DNA of 64,000 nucleotides from a plasmid: sequence record NZ_CP049260.1; one strand, 5' to 3'. Shown piece by piece: positions 30,361 to 39,185 of this stretch (position 1 is its first letter; each line of letters starts with the position of its first letter). The notes under the pieces were generated by a model. It saw only the letters and a program-made list of their open reading frames with translations, ran no database searches and was not told where the DNA came from. The position numbers and the translations under genes were made by a program.

Positions 30361-30882
30361 ATGCCGGTTTCCTGTGGAAAAATGATTACAGAAGCGGATA
30401 TCCAGCGGCTGGAAAAAACATACTGCATCAGCTTGCCTGAAGATTATAAAACGTTCCTTCTGTTAAATAATGGCTTTGTGGTTAAAAGCCCGGATTATTG
30501 TAATTTAGCGTATGGCGGTGTCGATGAGGGCGCTATTGCGTTCAATGCCCTGTTTGGGATAGGAACTAAAAATGAATACTATGATATTGAGTATAATAAT
30601 GAAGAACTATTCAGTGAACTGGATTTTATCGACAGCAAATTAATCATCGGCGACGATCCGGGCGGTAACTATTATTTGATGCTGAATGGAGAACACCAGC
30701 AAGGCCTGTTTTACTGGGACAGAACGCATCTGCATGCGGAAGATACTCTTCAGGATTTTGAGATACCCGAGCAAAATGAGTGCGGGAACCTTTACAGGTT
30801 GAGCGATTCATTTACGCAATTCTATCAAAGCGTTATCGACAATACGCTTGCTCAGGGAATGCAGGTAACGCGTGATCTGTGA
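30361..30882 (+). CDS. SMI1/KNR4 (SUKH-1) family immunity-type protein, orphan
   Basis: YKTFLLLNNGF and IIGDDPGGNYYLM match SMI1/KNR4 signature blocks; GAAGGA RBS before ATG 30361; about 38% GC versus about 60% around. Confidence 0.6.
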   Translation: MPVSCGKMITEADIQRLEKTYCISLPEDYKTFLLLNNGFVVKSPDYCNLAYGGVDEGAIAFNALFGIGTKNEYYDIEYNNEELFSELDFIDSKLIIGDDPGGNYYLMLNGEHQQGLFYWDRTHLHAEDTLQDFEIPEQNECGNLYRLSDSFTQFYQSVIDNTLAQGMQVTRDL

Positions 30883-30999
30883 TAGCCATTACTGACGCCG
30901 CTTCGCCATTTCCCGCGCCAGCGCGCAGCCAGAAATGGTACTATCTTACTCATAACGCCCTGTCCCGGCAGGCATAAACACCACCATCAGGAACGCCCT

Positions 31000-31245
31000 A
31001 TGAGTAATGATATTCCTATCAAGTTTTATGACATCGCTGACGAGTACGCGACGGAAACGGAGTTGCCGGTAAGCGATGCGGAGCGCGACCGCCTGGCGAA
31101 CTACTTCCAGCTGTTAATCACCCGTCTGATGAACAACGAAGAAATCAGCGAAGAAGCGCAGCATGAGATGGCGCGGGAAGCGGGTATTTCTGAAGGGCGT
31201 ATCGATGAAATCGCCAACTTCCTGAATCAGTGGGGCAACGAGTAA
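31000..31245 (+). CDS. small acidic hypothetical protein (81 aa)
   Basis: clean ORF with terminator downstream; no recognisable motif. Confidence 0.4.
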   Translation: MSNDIPIKFYDIADEYATETELPVSDAERDRLANYFQLLITRLMNNEEISEEAQHEMAREAGISEGRIDEIANFLNQWGNE

Positions 31246-31280
31246 CGCCTCTGCGCTACGCAGCCTTTGCGAAAACAAAA

Positions 31281-31305
31281 CGGCCCCTTTACGGGGCCGT
31301 TTTAC
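31281..31305. terminator. bidirectional rho-independent terminator
   Basis: aaacggcccc-ttta-cggggccgtttt between convergent genes. Confidence 0.55.
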
Positions 31306-31319
31306 GTTACGGTTTCTGA

Positions 31320-32078
31320 TTACACAAAGTGGATGTGCTTTTTGCCGTGATGGGGTGAAACCTCAGTGCGCGCCTCCACCTTGAAGACCTCGCGCAGCAT
31401 CGCCTCCGTCAGCACCTCATCCGGCGTGCCGCTCGCCACCACCTGCCCGCCCTGCATCACAATCAGCGCATCGCAAAACATCGCGGCGTGGTTGAGATCG
31501 TGCAGCGCCACAATACTCGTCACCGGCAGCTCGCTGATGAGGCGCATCAGGTGCATCTGATGATGAATATCGAGATGGTTGGTCGGTTCATCCAGCAAAA
31601 TCTCGCCGGGCGACTGCGCCAGCGCACGGGCGATATGTACGCGCTGCCGCTCGCCGCCGGAAAGATGCTGCCACCCGTCGTCGCGACGGTCGAACATATC
31701 CACGCGCTCCAGCGCCTGGCGCACAATCTCGTCATCCTGGTGCGTCCAGGACGAGAGCGGCGAATGGTGCGGAATGCGCCCGAGTTTCACCACGTCGCGC
31801 ACGCGAATATTGGCATCGGTCATCGCGTGTTGTTCAACGAACGCCACGCGCTGCGCCAGCTTTTTCCTGGACAGCCGCGCGATATCGCCATCGTCCAGCA
31901 GCACCCGGCCCGCATCCGGGCGGCGAAGCCCGGCGAGAATGCGCAGCAGCGATGATTTTCCTGAGCCGTTCGGCCCGAGCAGGCCAAGCGTCTGGCCGGT
32001 TGGCACACTCAGCGACACGTTATTCACGATGCGCTTTTTACCCGCCGACCAGCTGATGTTTTCCGCGCGGATGCTCAT
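31320..32078 (-). CDS. ABC transporter ATP-binding protein (iron-siderophore/heme type, FecE/FepC-like)
   Basis: Walker A GPNGSGKSSL, ABC signature LSGGERQRV, Walker B ILLDEPT, H-loop. Confidence 0.8.
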   Translation of the reverse strand: MSIRAENISWSAGKKRIVNNVSLSVPTGQTLGLLGPNGSGKSSLLRILAGLRRPDAGRVLLDDGDIARLSRKKLAQRVAFVEQHAMTDANIRVRDVVKLGRIPHHSPLSSWTHQDDEIVRQALERVDMFDRRDDGWQHLSGGERQRVHIARALAQSPGEILLDEPTNHLDIHHQMHLMRLISELPVTSIVALHDLNHAAMFCDALIVMQGGQVVASGTPDEVLTEAMLREVFKVEARTEVSPHHGKKHIHFV

Positions 32079-33115
32079 GAGAATCTCCTTGAGCGATACA
32101 GGATCATCGCAAAGAACGGTACGCCAACCAGCGCAGTCACCACGCCCACCGGCAGGCTCTGCGGCGCTATCAGCGTGCGCGAGGCGATATCCGCGAGCAC
32201 CATCAGAATAGCGCCCATCATCGCGCAGGCGATCAGCAACCGGCGATGCAGCGGGCCGAAGAAATAGCGCATCACGTGCGGCACCACCAGCCCGACAAAG
32301 CCAATCGAGCCCGCCATACTGACGATAGCCGCCGTCATCAGCGCCGTTACCGCGAAGAGGATCAGGCGCACGTAACCGACCGGAATGCCGAGTGAGGCCG
32401 CCGCGTCATCGCCAAAGGTAAAGGCGTCCAGCGCTTTGGCGTGCCACAGGCAGACCGCCAGCCCAATGACGACCACCGCCAGCACCAGCTGAAATTCCGG
32501 CCAGCGCACGCCGCTGAAGCTGCCGAGCAGCCAGAACATCACGTCGCGCGCCTGCTGGGCGCTGGCGGCGGTGCTGATGGTATAGGCGGTGATGGCGTTG
32601 AAAAGCTGAGAAGCGGCGACCCCTGCGAGGATCGTACGCTCATTACCGCCGCGCGCGCCGTTGGTCAGCAGTGCGACGAACGCGAACGCGGCGAACGCCC
32701 CGGTAAACGCGCCCACAGAGAGCGACACCGCCCCGCTGCCGATGCCGAGCACCACGATCGACACCGCGCCGGTCGACGCCCCGGCGGAGACGCCGAGCAC
32801 GTAAGGTTCCGCCAGCGCGTTTTTCAGCAGACTTTGCAGCACCGCGCCGCAGATGGCGAGGCCCGCGCCGCTGCATGCGGCCACCAGCGCCCGGCTGAGA
32901 CGAAAATCCCAGATAACCGTCTCATGGATGCGGTTAAGCGGAACGGCGGTCAGCCCGAGTTTGTTAGTCACCGCCGCAAAGGTGGTTTGCAGCGGAATGG
33001 AGAGTTCGCCGATGCCCACGCTCAGCGCGATCACCAACGCGAGCACGGCGACAGAAAGCGCCAGCAGGATGAACGACGGCAGACGCCGGGTGACGGTTAA
33101 AGAGACGTCCGCCAT
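32075..33115 (-). CDS. FecCD-family ABC permease
   Basis: 346 aa, about 9-10 TM, FecCD/BtuC-type; 4 nt overlap with ATPase gene. Confidence 0.8.
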   Translation of the reverse strand: MADVSLTVTRRLPSFILLALSVAVLALVIALSVGIGELSIPLQTTFAAVTNKLGLTAVPLNRIHETVIWDFRLSRALVAACSGAGLAICGAVLQSLLKNALAEPYVLGVSAGASTGAVSIVVLGIGSGAVSLSVGAFTGAFAAFAFVALLTNGARGGNERTILAGVAASQLFNAITAYTISTAASAQQARDVMFWLLGSFSGVRWPEFQLVLAVVVIGLAVCLWHAKALDAFTFGDDAAASLGIPVGYVRLILFAVTALMTAAIVSMAGSIGFVGLVVPHVMRYFFGPLHRRLLIACAMMGAILMVLADIASRTLIAPQSLPVGVVTALVGVPFFAMILYRSRRFS

Positions 33116-34131
33116 CAGTTCAGCCCGAGCTTCTCAAGCTGCGCCGCCACCTGCTCCGCGCCGTAGAGCGTGCGGATGGTCGGGTTCATCGCCTGGCCAT
33201 CCATCACCACGATATGGCCCTTTTTCACGGCGTCGAGCTGGCTGACCGCCGGATCGCTTTTCAGGAACTGGATTTTGGCGTCGGCGTTATCCAGCGCCCA
33301 GCGGTTGCGGTCGAGGCTTGAAACGACGATCACATCCGGGTTGGTGGCGATAATGCTCTCCCAGCTCAGCGTTGGCCACTCACTTTCAGACGTGACGGCA
33401 TTGTGGCCGCCGAGCAGATGCGCGATGTAACCCGAAGCGCCGTTTTTGCCGCCGACGTAGGCGTCAGAGGAAGGCGACGCGCTGGAGAACCAGAAGAGAT
33501 ACGACAGGTTTTTATGGTTTTTGCCGAATTTTTCTTTCAGGGCCGCTTCGCGCGCTTTGAAATCTTTGGTGAGCGCCTCGCCGCGCGCCTCGACGTTGAA
33601 AATCTTCGCTAAATCGTCGATTTCTTTATAGAGGTACGTCATATCCCACAGCTGGCTGCGGCTGCCGTAGATATCGCCGGTGTTTTTCTTCGTGACGCAA
33701 ACGCCAGGCGACAGATAGCTGTTGATACCCACCGCCGCGAAATCTTCACGCTTCGCCACTTTACTGTCCGGGCCTAACAGCAACGGGATCTGCGCGGCGA
33801 CAAAATCCGGGTTTTGCGCGAGGATTGACTCAAGCGTCGGGATCTCAACCGTCAGCAGTTTGACCTTTTCATTTTGCTTCGCGAGCTGCGGCAATACTTT
33901 TGTCGGCCAGAAGGCGCTGGCGGCCATTTTGTCTTCAAGGCCCAGCAGCAGCATGATTTCGGCGGTGTTCTGCCCGAGCGCCACCATGCGCTCCGGCGCT
34001 TTGGTGAAGGTGACTTTCATGCCGCAGTTATCAAGGGTCAGCGGGTATTGTGTGGCAAGAACAGGTACCGAAGCGGCGCAGAGCAGGCAGAGCGCCAGCG
34101 CGTGTTTTACTAAAGCATTCATCAACATCAA
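33115..34131 (-). CDS. periplasmic substrate-binding protein of the iron-chelate ABC importer (cluster A-II type)
   Basis: signal peptide, 338 aa, operon position upstream of permease; substrate unknown. Confidence 0.7.
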   Translation of the reverse strand: MMLMNALVKHALALCLLCAASVPVLATQYPLTLDNCGMKVTFTKAPERMVALGQNTAEIMLLLGLEDKMAASAFWPTKVLPQLAKQNEKVKLLTVEIPTLESILAQNPDFVAAQIPLLLGPDSKVAKREDFAAVGINSYLSPGVCVTKKNTGDIYGSRSQLWDMTYLYKEIDDLAKIFNVEARGEALTKDFKAREAALKEKFGKNHKNLSYLFWFSSASPSSDAYVGGKNGASGYIAHLLGGHNAVTSESEWPTLSWESIIATNPDVIVVSSLDRNRWALDNADAKIQFLKSDPAVSQLDAVKKGHIVVMDGQAMNPTIRTLYGAEQVAAQLEKLGLN

Positions 34132-34189
34132 CCTTAACGTGTTTTATCGCCGCGTGCCGCACGGGAATGGTTACGGGCCGGACAAATTA

Positions 34190-34220
34190 GAATTTGTATT
34201 ATGCAAATGAAAACCATTCT
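34190..34220. promoter_or_regulatory. Fur-box-like sequence upstream of the ABC importer operon
   Basis: aatttgtattatgcaaatgaaaaccattc; about 11/14 match to AATGATAATCATTAT core. Confidence 0.2.
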
Positions 34221-34361
34221 TAAGAGGAGGTCTTATACCGGGGCGCCTGCGGGAAGTCAATATCGTCTCGGTGACGGTTTTCGTCAGGCGAAAGTTGCCA
34301 GAGACGGCGCAAATATGTTTTAAGAGAGCCCTCACTTTTTCTGAACAGTTATGCGGTCTTC

Positions 34362-35597
34362 ATGTCCACTCATGCACCCCATGCCGCGAGGCATACTTCT
34401 CCTTATCTGCTCTCCGCCAGCCAGCTGGTGTTTAACATCGGTTTTTACGCGGTGGTGCCTTTCCTGGCGATTTATCTGCGCGATGACATGCTGCTCTCCG
34501 GTGGGCTTATCGGCACTATCATCGGGCTGCGCACGTTTTCACAACAGGGCATGTTTCTGCTGGGCGGCGCGCTTTCCGACCGCTACGGCGCGCGCGCCAT
34601 TATCCTGTGCGGCTGCGTGGTGCGAATTACGGGTTATCTGCTGCTGGCGCTGGGCGGCTCGCTGTGGGCGGTGGTACTCGGCGCGTGTCTGACGGGCGTT
34701 GGCGGCGCGCTGTTCTCTCCGTCGATTGAATCGCTGCTGGCGCAGGCCGGCACGCGCAGCGAAGCGGAAGGCAAACGCAGCCGCGCCGAGTGGTTTGCGC
34801 TTTTTGCCGTCTGTGGCGAACTGGGCGCGGTGCTCGGCCCGGTACTTGGCTCGCTGATGGCCGGGTTTGGTTTTAAAACGATGGCGCTCGCGGGTGCGGG
34901 CGTATTTATTGTCGCGCTGGTGGCGCTGTTTATACTGCTGCCGCGCACGCCGCATCGCGACGGGCCGCTGCAGATTGTTCCCTGGTGGCAGACCTTTCAT
35001 CAGCCGCGCTTTGTGGCGTTTATCCTCGCCTACAGCGCGTATCTTTACAGCTATAACCAGCTTTATCTGGCGTTGCCGGTGGAGCTGCGCCGCTCCGGCA
35101 GCAGCGATGCCGCGCTCGGGCCGCTCTTTATTCTCGCCTCGTTGTTGATTATCACGTTGCAACTGCCGCTCGCGCGGATCTCGCGCCGTTTCGGGGCGGC
35201 GCGTATGTTACCGCTCGGTTTCGGGCTGCTGGCGGCCTCGTTTGTCAGCGTGGCGCTGTTTGCCCCGCTCCCGCCTTTTGCGGGCTGGCTGAGGCTGTTG
35301 CCTGCAGCATGCATGGTGACGCTCCTGACGCTGGGTCAGATGATTATCGTTCCGGTGGGGATGGATCTGGTTCCGCGTTTCGCGGCGGGCCGTAATCTCG
35401 GCGCGCACTACGGCGCGCTGGCCTCGATGGGCGGCGTGGCGGTGCTGACCGGCAATTTTCTGCTGGGCGACGCGCTGGATAACGCGCTGACGCCTGGCCC
35501 GCAGGCAGCGGTGCCGTGGCTGCTGCTGGCAGTCTTTCCGTTGTGCAGCGCGCTGGCGATGGCCGTGCTGTGTCGCTTCTACGCCCCGAAGGGCTAA
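34362..35597 (+). CDS. MFS transporter
   Basis: 411 aa, 12 TM; MFS loop motif GALSDRYGAR between TM2 and TM3. Confidence 0.7.
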   Translation: MSTHAPHAARHTSPYLLSASQLVFNIGFYAVVPFLAIYLRDDMLLSGGLIGTIIGLRTFSQQGMFLLGGALSDRYGARAIILCGCVVRITGYLLLALGGSLWAVVLGACLTGVGGALFSPSIESLLAQAGTRSEAEGKRSRAEWFALFAVCGELGAVLGPVLGSLMAGFGFKTMALAGAGVFIVALVALFILLPRTPHRDGPLQIVPWWQTFHQPRFVAFILAYSAYLYSYNQLYLALPVELRRSGSSDAALGPLFILASLLIITLQLPLARISRRFGAARMLPLGFGLLAASFVSVALFAPLPPFAGWLRLLPAACMVTLLTLGQMIIVPVGMDLVPRFAAGRNLGAHYGALASMGGVAVLTGNFLLGDALDNALTPGPQAAVPWLLLAVFPLCSALAMAVLCRFYAPKG

Positions 35598-36199
35598 AGC
35601 GCAGTCGAGAGAAGGAAAATTACCCGCTGAGTGACATTGTCACGTTTTAAGCGGTTCCGTGGGCTGTTAACCCGCTATGGCGGCGGGGAAACCACACAAC
35701 GGCTGGCTTCTTTAAATGCTATGTGTGCACTACGGTTACGCGTTAGCGGAACAGGTCAAACGGTAACTGATCTTTAACAAAATTAATCTATCGCTGCACA
35801 CGCCAGTGTGCAGCGTCGGCTGCCTGAAGAGAACGTTCAGGCGCAAATTATCAGGCCAGTTATCATCCGCAGGGCGCGCCGGGATCCCAGGACGTGACTG
35901 TTGGGAGTGACGGATCGCAGCGCATAAACACACACATGCCAGGCGTTGATGTCTGCCGTCTCTCTTTACTTTTTATGAATGGTTAAAAACAGCAGAATAA
36001 TATTAGAAACGCTTAAGAATTTTCTTGGTTTCTGAAACCGGTCTCATCTTTCAATCCACATATGGCTTTATTTTTGTGTTTTTAATCAGGCTTACCTTTA
36101 CTGATACTTTCCTAACAATATCTCCATACTTTTTTAAATAGATGGCACGATATAACCTTTTCAATAAGTTCTAAAACTGTGTTTTAAATAAAAGGAATA

Positions 36200-36313
36200 A
36201 TGGGTGAGGTAATAAAAGCCGTACGCTATTTCACCACGGTGATTAAAGAAGATACAGATAAGTGGATGAAAAAAGGAGATTTAATGGAAGAGCGGAAGCG
36301 TCATCAGCCCTGA
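36200..36313 (+). CDS. small hydrophilic ORF (37 aa) in AT-rich region
   Basis: AAGGA RBS 5 nt upstream; MGEVIKAVRYFTTVIKEDTDKWMKKGDLMEERKRHQP; not in ORF track (<60 aa). Confidence 0.2.
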   Translation: MGEVIKAVRYFTTVIKEDTDKWMKKGDLMEERKRHQP

Positions 36314-36333
36314 TAACGCTTCCGGGAGAGTGT

Positions 36334-36447
36334 TTAACGGCGCTTGCCGCCGCGTGAAGGCAGCGTACGCGATTTCACCAGAACAGTATGCTTATAAAAA
36401 GCATAGCCGATGATGACAACCAAAAAGACAATCAATGCTATGGTCAT
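36334..36447 (-). CDS. small hydrophobic peptide (37 aa) with basic tail, type-I-toxin-like
   Basis: MTIALIVFLVVIIGYAFYKHTVLVKSRTLPSRGGKRR: single TM plus cationic C-terminus; convergent with ORF 36200..36313, 20 nt gap. Confidence 0.25.
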   Translation of the reverse strand: MTIALIVFLVVIIGYAFYKHTVLVKSRTLPSRGGKRR

Positions 36448-36889
36448 TTTGACGATAACCTTCCTGATGGTGCGACTATTTTAATAATGACGGTATATCA
36501 TACATGAATCTATATTACAGATGCATCTTTATTATTTTCAGGGCTGTTTAGTCTGCGTTTAATAATATTCTGTGCCGCAATCCATTATCAATAGCACGTT
36601 AAACCGGCGCAGGTTTTATCCCGAGGTTATTTGTTATGCACGTCCATGTTGGTGAAAAAAACGCCCGCTGATTTACGCTACCATAACCCCTGTATTCGGT
36701 TGTCATAGCAAAAACGGATGATCCGCTGTTTCCGCCCTTTCTGTTCTCCTCCACGATACCGCCTCTGTAGATTGCTACTTATTAAAATGTACCTTTGAAA
36801 AAGTAGCTTTACCGAAAAGCACGCTTAAGGGGATAATCCTGCTACTTTTTACGAGGCGCAACATCGCGGCTGCGTGCGTTTACGAGGGG

Positions 36890-37867
36890 ATGATGACGGA
36901 ACTGCCTGACGACAATCTGCTGCCCGGCCCTTTTTCAGGTCTCGATCCCCATGCGGTGTCGGTGGGTGACGAGGCGCGGCCTCTCAACCCGGCGATGGCC
37001 TATCTTTTAAGCCTGCCTTCCGCCGCGAGCCGCCAGACCATGCGATCCTTCCTGCATATCGTCGCAGGCATGCTCGGTGCTCGCGCGTTGCAGCACTGCC
37101 CCTGGGGCAGCCTGCGTCGTCATCATGTGCAAGGACTGCTGGAGATGCTGTCGGCTTCCGGGCGCGCACCTGCCACCATCAATACCTATCTGTCTGCCCT
37201 GAAAGGTACCGCGCGCGAGGCGTGGATGATGAAGCTGATGGACACCGACAGCTATCAGAAAATCCTTGCCGTGCGGGCGGTACGCGGCAGTCGTCTTACC
37301 CGCGGGCGTGCCTTGACTCCGGAAGAAGTGCGCGCGCTGTTTTCGCTCTGCGAGCAGGACAAAAGCTGTAAAGGCCCGCGCGATGCGGCGATGCTGGCGG
37401 TGATGCTGGGCTGCGGACTGCGCCGTTCGGAAGTGGTCGGGCTGGATTATGCGAGCATTCTTGAGCAGGACCAGGCGCTGCGCGTGCTCGGCAAAGGAAA
37501 CAAAGAGCGGCTGGCATTTATGCCGGACACCGTCTGGCAGCGGCTCCGGCACTGGACTGACAGCGTACGCGGCGAACACCCCGGCCCGCTCTTTACCCGC
37601 ATCCGCGCGGGTGACGATGTCACGTCTGAGCGCCTGACCCCACAGGCGGTGTACCATATTCTGAACGAACGCCGTCTGCAGTGCGGCATCGATAACTGTG
37701 CACCGCACGATCTTCGCCGCACGTTCGCTTCCATGATGCTCGATAATGGCGAAGATCTGATAACGGTACGCGACGCAATGGGCCATGCCAGCGTCACGAC
37801 AACACAAAAATATGACCGCCGTGGCGATGCCCGCCTGCGCCGCGCGGCAGGCAAAATTAAGCTTTAA
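36890..37867 (+). CDS. tyrosine site-specific recombinase / integrase (phage-integrase family)
   Basis: catalytic residues in R..KGNKER..HDLRRTFAS..GHASVTTTQKY (R-K-H-R-H-Y); 325 aa; downstream of 900 bp AT-rich tract. Confidence 0.8.
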   Translation: MMTELPDDNLLPGPFSGLDPHAVSVGDEARPLNPAMAYLLSLPSAASRQTMRSFLHIVAGMLGARALQHCPWGSLRRHHVQGLLEMLSASGRAPATINTYLSALKGTAREAWMMKLMDTDSYQKILAVRAVRGSRLTRGRALTPEEVRALFSLCEQDKSCKGPRDAAMLAVMLGCGLRRSEVVGLDYASILEQDQALRVLGKGNKERLAFMPDTVWQRLRHWTDSVRGEHPGPLFTRIRAGDDVTSERLTPQAVYHILNERRLQCGIDNCAPHDLRRTFASMMLDNGEDLITVRDAMGHASVTTTQKYDRRGDARLRRAAGKIKL

Positions 37868-37961
37868 AAAAGCGGTTAACGGCCCATTGCGTGGCCCGGC
37901 AAAATGTTACGCTCACCATCATCGTTCAACCCTTTCTCAACTTCCAAAACCAGGGACAGGC

Positions 37962-39185
37962 ATGGTTTCAACACTGACATGGATTGACCACGACAGCCGC
38001 GCGCGTGAACGCACACTTCGCATCCTCGCACAGTTCCAGGAAAAAGAGAGCCGGGATGAACTCGGCATCGGCACGGTGCGTGATAGCCTCGCGGACTTAC
38101 TTTTTCCCGGCACCAGCACCATCCAGACACGGCTGCGTTATATGCTCTTCGTTCCCTGGATTTACCGGGCGCTGGAAGACAAAAAAGTGACTGCCGCGCA
38201 GTTTGCCGGCGCTGCGGATAAGCACGAAAGAGAACTGGTCAGACGGCTCCAGACGGCCGATGACCATCACGGGATGTTCGGTAAAAATGCCGGTGGAGAT
38301 ATTAAACGTCTGCCCAGCTCCGTTTACTGGGCTGGTCTTGGTGCCTGGCACATTCGGCTTACACCTTTTTCTCAGGGCCAGTATCACCAGCGGATCGATG
38401 AGACCTATCGCCAGAAGCACCGCATTGCACGCCAGCAGCGTCACGCCCGCGATCGCGCGGATGATCCCGATACCGAACCCGACAACGTGCATAACTGGCA
38501 TCCGCGGTTACCGGCGACGCCTGCTGACTTTCCTGAAAAGGTGACGTTCCTGCTCACTCGCGATGAGGCTGAGTTCATCCGCGACCGTCTCCAGGCGGCA
38601 TGTCCGCACAGCCTGCTGGCCTTTCTGGCCTTACAGGACGATAAGCCGACAGGCGCGTATCCCTGGGAGTATGCCAATAGCGGTCGCTTTTCCGCGACAC
38701 ATCAGACGATCCTTCACCATGCACGCCTTTTCTCGGAAGTCATGCATGGCGCGGCGCTCTCCTATAACTACCAGCTTGCCGAAAAGATCGAGCATGAAGG
38801 GCTGCGTGAGCTTCATGAAGAGAATTTTCAGGAATGGCGCAATGCTCTGCCGCTTGCGGAGATTGCACGCTGGAACATAAACGAGTTGTGGGCGCTTACT
38901 CACCGGGAAGGCCATCAGATAGCTCCGCAGACACGCCATTTTATCGAATCCTGGGTGCGGTATCTTCGCACGACGCCAGACGCGCTTCTGATGGGCGATG
39001 CCAGCGCGCTGATTCAGTATCGTGAAAAAAAATTAAAAGGACCGCGCTCGCGGTTCACTAACAAGCGCGCGCAGGAGCAATGGCGCGGTCACTCGGGTAC
39101 GAGACGGATCAATTATCGCTGGAATACTGTTAAAACGTTGCTCGCTGATTTGCACCAGGGGCTGTGTCAGGAGGCGGTATGCTAA
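37962..39185 (+). CDS. hypothetical protein, first gene of integrase-linked PLD/helicase operon
   Basis: 407 aa from ATG 37962; no motif recognisable by eye; stop overlaps the next gene start (ATGCTAA). Confidence 0.5.
   Translation: MVSTLTWIDHDSRARERTLRILAQFQEKESRDELGIGTVRDSLADLLFPGTSTIQTRLRYMLFVPWIYRALEDKKVTAAQFAGAADKHERELVRRLQTADDHHGMFGKNAGGDIKRLPSSVYWAGLGAWHIRLTPFSQGQYHQRIDETYRQKHRIARQQRHARDRADDPDTEPDNVHNWHPRLPATPADFPEKVTFLLTRDEAEFIRDRLQAACPHSLLAFLALQDDKPTGAYPWEYANSGRFSATHQTILHHARLFSEVMHGAALSYNYQLAEKIEHEGLRELHEENFQEWRNALPLAEIARWNINELWALTHREGHQIAPQTRHFIESWVRYLRTTPDALLMGDASALIQYREKKLKGPRSRFTNKRAQEQWRGHSGTRRINYRWNTVKTLLADLHQGLCQEAVC

Noticed and set aside
34539-35162. ORFs antisense to and overlapping the MFS gene (also 34351..34692, 34634..34948)
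   Set aside because: Low-complexity Arg/Ala-rich translations; the MFS reading frame has 12 TM helices
35600-36890. tRNA gene as integration target next to the integrase
   Set aside because: Scanned for tRNA-like T-arm/acceptor patterns (GGTTCGAATCC-like); none found; attachment site not identified
37007-37807. 266-aa ORF antisense to the integrase (and 37447..37854)
   Set aside because: Integrase catalytic motifs are present on the plus strand; the antisense ORF lacks features
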